A stretch of 64,000 nucleotides of DNA from Mytilus edulis (Eukaryota): contig NC_092351.1 in assembly GCF_963676685.1 (NCBI RefSeq), positions 88,350,001 to 88,414,000 on the forward strand, read 5' to 3'. The notes under the pieces were generated by a model that was not told the origin of the DNA, searched no databases, and was given only the letters and a program-made list of their open reading frames with translations. Shown piece after piece: positions 51,981 through 64,000 of the stretch. Position 1 is the stretch's first letter. Each line of letters starts with the position of its first letter. A program made the position numbers and the translations under genes.

Positions 51981-53334
51981 TATTTTCAAGCACTATTTAT
52001 CTTTATTTCAAATGATACATTGTGTATCAATTGTTAATCTTTGAAAAAAGGAAAGATACAAAAAACAAGACTTGGTTTATGGTATTGACGTTTTCATCCT
52101 TATTTTCAAAAGGTTTATACTATAACGTCTAATTTCAAATATATACGGTTTTATATAAAAGAAGTTTACTATACTAGCATCTACTTTTTCGAATATACTT
52201 TTTCACAATAATCAAAGAGTTTAATTTATATTTCAGTTTTAAGGTTTTTATTTGGTTTGTATTTTTTACATTCTGTAATACAATTTGAGGGTTTAATTAG
52301 AAGATGGAAATATAAGTAAAAATACTTTTCTATATTAAATTGTATCTGATGACTTCTAATACACGTAACGTGTAAGCACGATAGACGAAAATAAGAAAGT
52401 TAAAACGAAACCAATGAGATGATAGCTAAATACGTTAAAAAAAAGTAAGTATTTTTGTTAGTCACGTATATGCATAATTATCACTATTATCTGTATTTTT
52501 CCTTTGATGTTTTTTGTGATAATTTTCATATCACTCGTGTAGAGTGAGAATGAAAATTATCGCTTGTTTCTAATGTCCTTAGCAACAGCGTATTAATCTA
52601 ATTCATGCACTGGAGTGTCGGCCAATCAGAAAAGATTAGCCAGAACTATACAAAAAACTGTTATCGGATGACTTCGCTGAAATGTCAACAATAAAAGATG
52701 ATTTCTCGTTTTAATATTTTACCGTGAATTTTGCCTTTAAATAATTTATTGGAAGTTAATAAAAGTAATCAAATCCTGTTATAAACAAATAAAAAAAATC
52801 CTTTTTTTTACATAAGTCTACTTCAAATCATCGTAGGTCTGTCTGCATGTACATTTCTTCATGCATGTATATTTCTTCGTCTGCTTTGAAAATACATAAT
52901 ATAATATTCAACCGTTCACTTCATTTTGATACGTAGAAACACAAAATTACAGCTTATCAACAGTGAAAATGGTTTTAGCCATATTTGAACACGCCGGATG
53001 GTCCAAGGATTTATAACTATACAAATCCTTGGATGGTCAGATGAGACATCTTTTTTCAAATGAATGAACTAACTGAGCGACTACATATATATATATATCA
53101 AATAAGCCTACGCCAAAAAAAATAGTACCACAAAAGAAAATGCATTATAATCGTATAAGATACTTTTTTTTACTGAAATTTAAATTAAATGATATTCGAA
53201 AATACAAATAATAGCGATAAATAGATTATTTATGTTTTTTTTAAACTCGATGCATTTTCTCATTCTCATCTCGTTTAAAAAAACATAAATAATCTATAAT
53301 TATATTGGTTGTATATCTTATTTACACCAAGATA

Positions 53335-54373
53335 TATGGCACGCCGTTTTTATATTTATTCAAATTTGAAGATATCTTATTTATTTAACAAGATATCTTA
53401 TTAAGTATTAAGATATCTTTAATTTTTATAAGATATCTTATTTAATTTGAAAGTAAATAAGATATCTCTATTAGTTTATAAGATATCTCTATAAGTTAAT
53501 AAGATATCTCTATTAATTAATAAGATATCTTATAAAGTATATAAGATATCTTACTTCTAGATATAAATATATCTTTTAAATACATACTTTATAAGATATC
53601 TTATTAATTAATAGAGATATCTTATAAACTAATAGAGATATCTTATTAACTTATGGAGATATCTTATATATTAAATAAGATATCTTTATAACCAATTAAA
53701 TAAGATATCTCTATAAGTTAATAAGATATCTCTAAAAGTTTATAAGATATCTCTATTAGTTTATAAGATATCTCTATAAGTTAATAAGATATCTCTATAA
53801 GTTAATAAGATATCTCTAAAAGTTTATAAGATATCTCTATTAGTTTATAAGATATCTCTATAAGTTGATAAGATATCTCTATTAATTAATAAGATATCTT
53901 ATAAAGTATATAAGATATCTTACTTCTTTATAAAGATATCTTTTAAATACATACTTTATAAGATATCTTATTAATTAATAGAGATATCTTATAAATTAAT
54001 AGAGATATCTTATTAATTAATAGAGATATCTTATAAACTAATAGAGATATCTTATTAACTTATGGAGATATCTTATTAAGTAAATAAGATATCTCTATTA
54101 TTAACTATATAAACGATATCTTATATAGTTAATAAGATATCTTATAAATTAATAGAGATAGCTTATATTTTAAATAAGATATCTTATATATTTAATAAGA
54201 TATCTTTATAAACATTTTAATAAGATATCTTATTTAATATATAAAATATGTTATTTAATAAATCAGATATCTCAATTAATATATAAGATATCTCATTTTG
54301 CTATTAAGATATCTCAATTAGTTTATAAATAAGATATCTCGAAATTGAATAAATATAATAACGGCGTGCCATA
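53335..54373. mobile_element. AT-rich foldback element with TATGG termini and 6-bp TSD (IS3EU-like non-autonomous)
   Basis: aagata|tatggcacgccgtttttatatttattcaa ... ttgaataaatataataacggcgtgccata|aagata; interior made of dozens of AGATATCT units. Confidence 0.8.
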
Positions 54374-56112
54374 AAGATAAGGATTAATGCAAAATGAAAG
54401 ATTTCAATCAGTTAGTAAGTAAAGTCTCATATGATCCTAGCAGATCTAGATATCTGTTAAAGATCTAACATCAAAATAAGCGATATACCAATCTGTTGAT
54501 TTAAATCCCGACTGTATGAAATATTGGCAGCTTGACGTTTATCAAACTATATGTTAACAAGTTTTGCAAGTAATAACTCGGTATATTATGATAACAATCG
54601 CATATAACATTACAAACTTTGACAGTTGATGTAGATTTATTTATAAATTTTATCTCTAAATGTAAACAATGGTATGCATAAGAGGTTTTATACTACACTT
54701 AAACTTGTTCATATACATATATCGAGCTATTTATACAAAAATAATTGGCAAGATACAAAGGGGTTTATCAATGACAAATATGTGTACATTCAAGGACAGA
54801 CAATACCACTGCCATAAAAGAAGTTAGAGAGAAAGGAAGGGTGTAAAGTTATCGGAATGCAACATTTATGTCATTTTTGTTTTGTTTTTGATATATCAAA
54901 AAGTTGCATTTTGCAGATCCTGGATTTTAAGTTAGAGGGTGCACAACAGTAAGAACTTTGCCAATTAGAGCGAAACGAAAATGATGTTGAATTGCTATTT
55001 ACCAAACAAATGACAGTTTCTCTATTTTGGTAGGGAGTGCCTCCTGCTGGAATCCTCGTCTGTAATATTTTGAAACACTGTACCCATACGTTACTTAAGG
55101 TACCCTAATGACAGATTATAGATTTTTTTTAACTTTTGTACATTTAAGAACTAAACAAAAGATTCCGTTCTGTATTAATTTTGAAGATTCATCCTTACTT
55201 ATTGTATAGTTCCACACATTTGAATTTGGATCCCTATATCATTGAAAATGGATTAACCGAACTTCAAATGATTTATATATACAAAAGTAAAAATCACAAA
55301 AAAATACTGAACTCCGAGAAAATCTCAAAACGGAAAGTCTCTTATCAAATTGCAAAATCAAAAGCCCTGACACATCAAACGAATGGATAATAACTGTCAT
55401 ATTCCTGACTTGAAAGAGGCATTTTCTTATGTAGAAAATGTTGGATTAAACCTGGCTTTATAGCTAGCCAATATTCGTGAACGAGGTATACATAAATTGC
55501 ACCCTTGGTTAACCGTTATCCTTAAAAAAATGAATAAATGATGTTTTGTTTTTCTGTGCACAATTTTTGGACAATTTTGATATACATGTAATTCATGCTT
55601 GATATGTATTTTGTAGAAAACTGATGTATTTTCCATATTATGTTTATCATAATTACTCATTTTAACGGTCATTTTTTTTGTGCGACATAATATTTAGACA
55701 TGTTAAAGAAGTGCATAATGATTAAATGATAGAAAACAAACAAATTGTTTAGTCTCTAAGAAGAAAACATTTACGATGTATATGATAAGAATATAGTCTA
55801 AATAATAGTAGAAAGTCGTCACATACACAATCCACCCCCTAAAATAAAATCAATTTATTAAAAATATTCATATAAACATATATCAACAACGCATCAAATT
55901 AAGTAAAGTAAGCTTAAGCAATAAGTTAGCTTTATAAACAAATCAGTAACATCGCAATTAAAAAGAGGTCCATGATACAAACCTGTCTGACAAACTCATT
56001 TAAAAAGTTTAATAAGAGTTCATAGATAAATTTTAAAATTGTGAAATTTACATATGCTTATTCACATTTTTAAATCTGAAAACTAGTTATTTAATGTAAA
56101 GTTAACCTATAG

Positions 56113-56180
56113 TTTTACCTCATTCAACAAGAAATTCCCGTCGTTATCGTACTGTGTTTATACTTCTTCTTTCGTTTTTG
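56113..56180 (-). promoter_or_regulatory. Conserved upstream block of HSPA12 copy 3
   Basis: Paralogous to 42089-42175; AAAACGAAAGAAGAAGT, gggaatttct, donor ag|gtaaaa at 56118. Confidence 0.6.
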
Positions 56181-56806
56181 GTTTGCAAACAAGAAGGAAT
56201 TTGATCTGATTAAGGTTAATATGGTTACTGATGTATTTAATATATAAACAATAAAAAGATTGAATTTTAAAATTCACTTATGATATTCAGTGTTTTGTCA
56301 AAATAGATCCTGATTACTTTCCTCCGTCGTCCTCATTGAACTTCTTTCTGGGGTCTTAAGGGGAGCAGGGTTCGATCGTAAAATAAAGACTATTTACTAC
56401 TAAATGGTAGGGTTATGTCTCATAAAATACAACATCAGTTCGTTAAACTACAATTGAAACTTGAAAATTAATGCATTTATCTCTTTAAGATAGATAACTG
56501 ATTGAAGTCATTCAAAATCGGTTGATTGTATAAATAGCAAATTCAATCGGAGAAAATGTTGTTAGATTTGTCTTAAATTAAAATCAACAAATCTCCGATA
56601 ATAAACATATAGATTTGTCCCGACAAATATACATAGTGTTGATACTTGAAATTCCGTTTTAATGATGTGAAATCATTATACGGAAATGTATGTATTAAAA
56701 ACATTTAGTTTTGTACTTCGAAAAAATGGATTGAGTAATTGCACAAACGATAAGATACAAACGATGCGATCAAAACAAAACCACGACAATGAAAATCTGG
56801 TGATAA

Positions 56807-57115
56807 GGGAGCTACCATTTGATTTTTATGGGGGGGGGGGGGGGGGGGGGGCTAGGAGGAAATTAAAAAAAAAAAATAGGCAGGACAGGAGTTTTGAGTA
56901 AAAAAAAAAGGCAGGATGAGACACTTGCAAAAAAAAAAAGTCAGGACGACAATTTAGGTAAAAAAAAGTCAGGATAAACTAAAAAAAAAAAAAAAAGGCA
57001 GGACCGAACAGAGTGAAAAATAAAAAGGCAGGACAGAGATTACAGCTAAAAAAAAATGCAGGACATTTTTCATCCTAGGCCCCCCCCCCCCCATAAAAAT
57101 CAAATGGTAGCTCCC
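56807..57115. mobile_element. Tourist/Harbinger-type MITE with TAA TSD
   Basis: taa|gggagctaccatttgatttttatggggg ... ccccataaaaatcaaatggtagctccc|taa; internal poly-A/caggac repeats. Confidence 0.85.
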
Positions 57116-60100
57116 TAAATAAGATACAACGTTTAAAGTTTTTAAACTCATCTGGAGTATTCAAACAATCTGAAGGAATCATGTCATATCCATACAGGGG
57201 AAGGCAGGGTACGAATCCATACCCAGTAACATAAGTTATTGATTCTGAATTTCTTTTTTGTTTCTTCTTACGTTGGTAGATAACGAGACAATAAGGCAAT
57301 CAACAATAGAAATCTCAGTATTTTGTACAGTGACATGAATAAGAATAACGAACTAGCGGCAACAGTAATAAACATGTTAGAATTAATTCATAATGAAAAG
57401 TAAATTAATAAAAATACCGAACTCTAAGGAAAATACAAAACAAATAGTCTTTTACCAAATTACGAAAACAAAAGCTCAAACACATTAAACAAATTGAAAA
57501 CGACTGTTATAAACCTAATTTTGCAGCATTGCCTTATATAAAAAAAAATGGAATAAACATGCCTAGAACCAAAAACAATTATGAGTGTTAGTTAAAGTAA
57601 CAGTGGTCTACCGATGTTATTTGTTGGTCACGTCTATGTTTGCCAAAAACGTTTTAATTAACCTTAAAATATGTATAATACACACCATTTTTTGTCTCCC
57701 TTTGTTTATAAAATTATGCAAATATCGTCAAGTTTTGTGTTGAAATTGTACATTTTTACTTCCTTTTTAAAATGCTCAAGAAATATCATTAATGGCAGGT
57801 CCGGAAGATTTGGGTTATCCAATAGAAACTCTATACAATCTCCCAATTCACTATTCGACCGCTTTACTTTTGTTCTATTTTAATTACGTCGTCTTTCTTA
57901 TATCTCAATGTTTTTATGGTTATCGTTATAACAATTCAAAACAGATCATTGTTGATTAATATGGTGACTTTTTAAACCAAATCAATGGTTAAATTTAATT
58001 TCAATAAATTAGGTATATTAAAATAGGTTAGTCTGAATTAGAAATACGAAATACGAAATACGAAATATTTTATTAAAGAAAGCTCAATTATGAACATAAT
58101 CATTGATAGCATAGATACAACAAAGAATAACATTTAAACAATCTTAACTAAAATGAATACACCACAAGTATCAAAGTATATGTGTTCCAAGGGGAGTAAC
58201 TCTAGTGTAAAAATATAAGTAATCATTTTATATTATAAGCAGCAAACAAAATAATTCATACTTATATTCTAAGTAAAAAAACACATGTTTATATACTTAG
58301 CTATACTTTTACAAACATCCTTAGATGTCTTAGATTAATTGGGATTATTTAGCATACTGTCCTGACTGGTTTTGAATTATAGTCACTGTGATAAAAAGTA
58401 AAATCACAAAAATACTGAACTTAAGAGGAAAATCAATTCGGAAAGTCCTTAATCACATGGCAAAATCAAATAACAAAACGCATCAAAAACGAATGGACAA
58501 GAACTGTCATATTCCTGACTTGGTACAGGCATTTTCGAATGTAGAAAATGGTGGATTAAACCTGGTTTTATAGCGCTAACCCTCTGACTTTGATGACAGT
58601 CTCATCAAATTCCGTTATATTTACATTGATGCGTTAACTAAACCGACACAATAAATAAAATAATCAAAATATGGGTACATCAGTCCTAATCGTATAACAA
58701 CTTTAAAAGGAACAATTTAACAGAACACAAAAACATCTATCTACAAACACATCCATTGATTTGTGTGTCTGACGTCAGAAAATTGTATACGTTAATATTG
58801 ATCTGGTAGGTTGATTACTATAGTATAATTAAATCATAAAACAGCTTCAAAATGCGACACGTTGTACCAACATCATTACTTATAGAAATAAATAGATGTG
58901 GTATAATTGAATGAGACAACCTTCAATAAGAGACATAAAGGCTCAGACTGTCATACAAGTGAGAGGTTTAGCTAGCTATAAAACCAGGTTCAATCCACCA
59001 TTTTCTACATAAGAAAATGCCTGTACCACGTCAGGAATATGACAGTTGTTATGCATTCTTTTGATGTGTTTGAACTTTTTTGCCATTTGATTGGGGACTT
59101 TCATTTTTGAATTTTCCTTGGAGTTTTTTTGTGATTTTACTTTTTAGAAAGTAAAAAAATACAGGTCAACACACGGCCTTGAATAATAAGTATCATCCAT
59201 ACCGCATACAAGAAGTAAGCTATTAAAGGTATCATAGTGTCATAACAACAGATGAATACAATTAGTTCAATATTGTAAGTGTGTTTTTATGTTTTTAAGA
59301 CTTTTAGCATGAAAATCAAAAGAAACTAGTTCAGCCATAAAACAATCATATCAAAGTTTGAGACGGACCTGAAAAAAATAGCCTCACATAACAATCAATA
59401 AACTTCACGTTAGATTGTGTGCACGATCTCCAACTACAAACTGTAGTAATAATCATGTGCTCGAAAGCGTTCAGTTGTTCCTGCTCTACTTTATTAACAC
59501 GTCACTGTTGTCTTACTCATAATAAAAATCGTGTGCTTACAGCTGTGAATTATTATTTGTGAGCAAATCTAATAAGTCGACAAAGATGACACACCAGGGT
59601 TAAACGTAACATTACAAAATTACTGGACTCCGAGAAAAAAATCAAAACGAAAAGTGCCTAATCAAATGGCAAATTCCAAAGCTCAAACACATCAAACGAA
59701 TGGATAACAACTGACATATTTCTGACTTGGTACAGGCATTTTTTCATGTAGAATAATGTGGATAATAGCTGGTTTTATAACCGACACAAACTAAGAGAAT
59801 CAAATTAACTGTGAATCTACACTTAGTGAAACTTGCAAAATTGGGAAAAGCATATAATCGTAGAAATTAAAGAACCGAGGATCTCAATATCTGTGACATC
59901 GGAAAAAATATGGCAATTCATGCTAGAGACCGTAAAACTGATGTAGTGTAAGTTATAGTCGTTCTTCATCATAACTGTGGGATAAAAAAAAAGTGAAATA
60001 ACAAAACTACTAGGATTCTTTTTCTATCTGCCAGCAATTTTCTATGAGGAGCAACCCCCTGCTAATGAAATCCGTAAGATGTAAACATGAACGAGCCTAA

Positions 60101-60579
60101 CGTATCACTTGATATATGTTAAAATCATACGATGGGACAGAAGATATTTTACAAAAGGGCCATTCATACTCATAGGTCGAAATAAACTGACAAAATCGAG
60201 ACAAAAAACGAAGAAAAAAAAAGAGAAAAATATATGTACACAAAACACAACATGCACAACACGGAAAGTTAAAGACTGAGAAACACAAACATGAACTATT
60301 TTCATATGTTCCTAATTCAAAGCAAAAAGGATTGGCTTGATAGAAATACAATGTAAAACTTTGTTTACTTATTTATTTGAATAATCTGGTAACATGTGAT
60401 GGATTTCTGATGATCATCGATGATATCTTGAGGTTATGATGCCATGTGGCTGAATACAGAATCTTCATTTTCTGAAAATAAAAATTATCCTATTATTCAC
60501 TAATTCATATACTATTTAGAAGTACAAATGAACAAAAATTGTTAAACTGGACATTTATGTATAATAAACTCTTCATAGT

Positions 60580-61565
60580 TACCAAGATTAAACTTTTGAC
60601 CGCAAGATGCTCATTTCGACTACATAATATTGTTAGTGCAATCAAATGAAATAAAGTTAAGATGACCAAACTAAGTACGAAGTTGAAAAGCATTGGGGAG
60701 TCAAAATTAAGAAAGGTTTTAATTTTGCCAAATACAGCTAAAATAGTAAAAAAATGGGTTATAAAAGTCTTTATATTTCGAAGTTTTGTAAAAAGTTAAT
60801 ATATAATTATGACCATGTCAATGGTAATTCATATTAATACAGAAGTACTGATAACTGGGCTTATAGCAGATGTGTTTCGATCCGTGTAGTTGACCCGGCT
60901 TTGTTATTGACGCTTGAATACAAAAAAAAAAAAAAAAAAAAAATGTAATTACGCCAGACGCGCGTTTCGTCTACAAAAGACTCATCAGTGACGCTCGAAT
61001 CCGAAAACGTTAAAAAGGCCAAATAAAGTACGAAGTTGAAGAGCATTGAGGACCAAAATTCCTAAAAGTTTTACCAAATGCAGCTAAGGTTATCTATTCC
61101 TGAGGCAGAAAAACCATAGTATTTCGAAAATTCAAAAGTTTTGTTAACAGTTAATCTATATATATGACCATATCAATGATAATTCATGTCAGCACAGAAC
61201 TACTAGGCTGGTGATACCCTCGGGGAATTAAAACTCAACCAGCAGTGGCATCGACCCTGTGGTTGTCAATAAACTCATCATAGATACCAGGATTAAATTT
61301 TGCAATTACGCTAGACACGCGTTTCGTCTACAAAAGGCTCATCAGTGAAGCTCGAATCCAAAAAGGTCAAAAAGGCAAAATAAAGTACGATGTTGAAGAG
61401 CATTGAGGATAAAAATTCCAAAAGGTTTTGCTAAATACAGCTAAGGTTATCTATAGCTATTTCTGAGGTAAAAAAAACCCTTAGTATTTCAAAAATTCAA
61501 AAGTGTTGTTAACAGTTAATTTATAAATATGACCATACCAATAATAATTCATGTCAGCACAGAAG
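60580..61565 (+). repeat. Tandem copies (about 355-bp unit) of a dispersed repeat
   Basis: gcgtttcgtctacaaaa.gctcatcagtga.gctcgaatc at about 60962 and about 61319, a decayed third copy upstream; relatives at about 16160-16590 and 6280-6335(-). Confidence 0.8.
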
Positions 61566-61637
61566 TGTTACAGTCTTACATATATTTTATACAGCTGTAC
61601 TTTTTATCATACCTTATACTTACAATTAATTGTAAGT

Positions 61638-63321
61638 CTATATATAACATCTACATTTGAGAGGATCAAATATCTGTTTAGAGGGGCACGTCAGTTCTAT
61701 AGCTCCAAACGTTCCCAGAAATATCTTAAAATATTCTGGACCTGATGATGACGGAACCAATGGACATGCTAAAATAGATGAAAATAATGTGAACCAATGG
61801 TCATGCTAAAATAGATGAAAACATTGTGAACCAATGGGCATGCAAAAATAGATGAAACATTGTGAACCAATGGACATACTAAAATATTTGAAAACATTGT
61901 GAACCAATGGACATAAGGTCTTTGCGTCGGAACTAAACACATTTATTCTAAAAACAGTTGTTGGCATGACACGGGTTATGTTCTTCTCATATATGTTATG
62001 ATGGTATGATACTAAACCCCTAACGGGAAGGATTGTGCCTAATGTTCATATGATGAAATCATAATCTTTCAGTCAGTTTAATTGAAGTCTGGAGCTGGCA
62101 TGTCAGTTAACTGCTAGTAGTCTGTTGTTATTTATGTATTATTGTCATTTTGTTTATTTTCTTTGGTTACATCTTCTGACATCAGACTCGGACTTCTCTT
62201 GAACTGAATTTTAATGTGCGTATTGTTATGCGTTTACTTTTCTACATTGGTTAGAGGTATAGGGGGAGGGTTGAGATCTCACAAACATGTTTAACCCCGC
62301 CGCATTTTTGCGCCTGTCCCAAGTCAGGAGCCTCTGGCCTTTGTTAGTCTTGTATTATTTTAATTTTAGTTTCTTGTGTACAATTTGGAAATTAGTATGG
62401 CGTTCATTATCACTGAACTAGTATATATTTGTTTAGGGGCCAGCTGAAGGACGCCTCCGGGTGCGGGAATTTCTCGCTACATTGAAGACCTGTTGGTGAC
62501 CTTCTGCTGTTGTTTTTTTATTTGGTCGGGTTGTTGTCTCTTTGACACATTCCCCATTTCCATTCTCAATTCTATGCTAAAATAGATGAAAACATTGTGA
62601 ACCAATGGACTGCAAAAATAGATGAAAATATTGTGAACCAATGGACATGCTAAAATAGATGAAAACATTGTAGACCAAATTCAATGTACATGCTAAAATA
62701 GATCCAATAGCCATGCTAAAATAGATGAAAACAATGTGAACCAAAGGATATGCTAAACTAGATGAAAACATGGTAAACAAATGGACATACTAAAATAGAT
62801 GAAAACGTTGCAATATCATGGATATTTTCGTGGTCACTTGGTATATAGTTCAATATCATAATTGAAAACAAGGATTTGTCAATATAGGTCTACCATTCAA
62901 AATTTGAATGCGTTTTTATGAAATTGCAAGCCATCTACGAAAACTGTTATTGTTATAGGAAAATACTAGAAACAAATGCATATGACATATTTTCCCCATC
63001 ATATTCTAATGAGCAAATAAGAATACATGAAAAAACATGTAGTAAAAAGAATTCTTAAATGGTTCTAAATATATGAATAGTAACAAAAACATAGAACTCC
63101 ATAAGGTAACTTTATAAATTATAAAGTAAATTCAATACACAAACCTGTTTCAGTTGTTGTCGGTGTTGAGATAACTGTTGTCGTGTCTGACGATTCTGTT
63201 GTAGTTGTCATTGACGTTGTTTTGGCTAGCCTTTTGGTTGTTAACGTTGTTGTGGGGAGTCTTATTGTTGTTGTTACTGATTTCGTCGTTGTAGGTAAAC
63301 TTTTCGTTGTTGTCGTGATAT
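61638..63321 (-). CDS. 3' end of a gene: Thr-rich mucin-like exon (63321-63145) plus terminal exon (61768-61638) encoding a chitin-binding-type Cys motif; 5' part outside the window
   Basis: Phase 1-1 exon ITTTTKSLPTTTKSVTTT...TPTTTET bounded by catAG/GTttgt, spliced in frame to ACPLVPSSSGPEYFKIFLGTFGAIELTCPSKQIFDPLKCRCYI*. Confidence 0.7.
61754..62808. repeat. 37-bp minisatellite (gaaccaatggacatgctaaaatagatgaaaacattgt), interrupted by an insertion
   Basis: Period 37 (61754, 61791, ...); about 11 units in two blocks, 61754-61914 and 62574-62808. Confidence 0.93.
61915..62573 (-). mobile_element. Dispersed non-autonomous element inserted into the minisatellite
   Basis: Begins (- strand) agaattgagaatggaaatggggaatgtgtcaaagagacaacaacccgacc; same family at about 36130-38210 and 6115-6210; the array resumes in register. 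Confidence 0.8.
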
Positions 63322-63856
63322 CTATGGAAAATAAGAGATATGTTTTTAAATTTACATTTCTTTAACATTGGATAGTGATTAAAAAGTATAACAAAACTAC
63401 TGAACTCTTCAACAAATTTAAGCAGGAGAAGTCCATAAAACCGTTAACACTATCAATCAACAGAACAAATTATCAATGATTATTTAAGTTGTGATACACG
63501 AAACATCCATTTGTGGCCATCTCATTACCACCTAAATCTCAAAGTAAAAGAAAGTATGAGCGGTCAGGGAAAGGTATGCAAATTAAAACGACATTAATTT
63601 TCCGATGTTCAAATCACATAAATCGCTAAAAAAAAACATATTAAGGTAACAAACATAAATTGAGAGAATCGCAAGTAGTCGAAAATAAGTATGTGGGTAT
63701 GTCTATAAGTTAAACGATACCTATCCAGTTTCCGAGCCTAGCCGTGACGGGTCATACTACCAGAAAGTTTACCTTCCCCAAAAACAAGAAGTACAATGTA
63801 ATAAAACATACGAACACACCCACTCACCTGATTCACTCATCCTCAAAAATATTTAA

Positions 63857-64000
63857 ACTAGAGGCTCTAAAGAGCCTGTGTCGCTCACCTTGGTCTATGT
63901 GAATATTAAACAGAGGAAGCAGATGGATTCATGACAAAATTGTGTTTTGGTGATGGTCATTGGTGATGTGTTTGTACATCTTACTTTACTGAACATTCTT
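63857..64000 (-). mobile_element. 3' end of a HINE-type element
   Basis: actagaggctctaaagagcctgtgtcgctcaccttgg is the reverse-complement counterpart of the 3' subTIR and hairpin at about 19900-19938. Confidence 0.65.

Noticed and set aside
56450-57900. Coding-looking - strand stretches (YVTGYGFVPCLPLYGYDMIPSDCL; SELGDCIEFLLDNPNLPDLP) around a MITE
   Set aside because: No recognisable family, frames are broken and no consistent splice model; possibly a decayed gene, but unsupported without a tBLASTx search.
60360-60471. Strong - strand acceptor (ttttattttcAG) as a possible alternative terminal exon of the Thr-rich gene
   Set aside because: It would encode only about 12 residues in the compatible phase and has no further support.
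63150-63368. Asn-rich (-) and Val-rich (+) ORFs in the track
   Set aside because: Wrong frames; the splice-compatible frame is the Thr-rich one.

Overview
AT-rich, intron-containing animal DNA. The repeat families and expanded HSPA12 genes suggest a bivalve mollusc, probably Mytilus-like (inference). Gene models were built by hand from GT/AG sites and phase consistency. The window contains: (1) the large exon of a DUF229 alkaline-phosphatase-fold gene on the - strand, running off the left edge; (2) three intact four-coding-exon HSPA12-type atypical Hsp70 genes on the - strand with identical intron positions; (3) a 12-exon MIEAP-domain coiled-coil gene on the + strand, head-to-head with the first HSPA12 and tail-to-tail with the second; (4) the 3' end of a Thr-rich, chitin-binding-like gene at the right edge. 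Non-coding DNA is packed with nested MITEs, Helentron-type elements, SINEs, an inverted pair of Harbinger derivatives and minisatellites. Two of the minisatellites are built from, or end in, splice acceptors. The main candidate system is the divergent HSPA12 + MIEAP pair: the MIEAP C-terminus resembles the GrpE beta-head, suggesting a DnaK/GrpE-like chaperone module, possibly immune-regulated. This is a hypothesis, not demonstrated.
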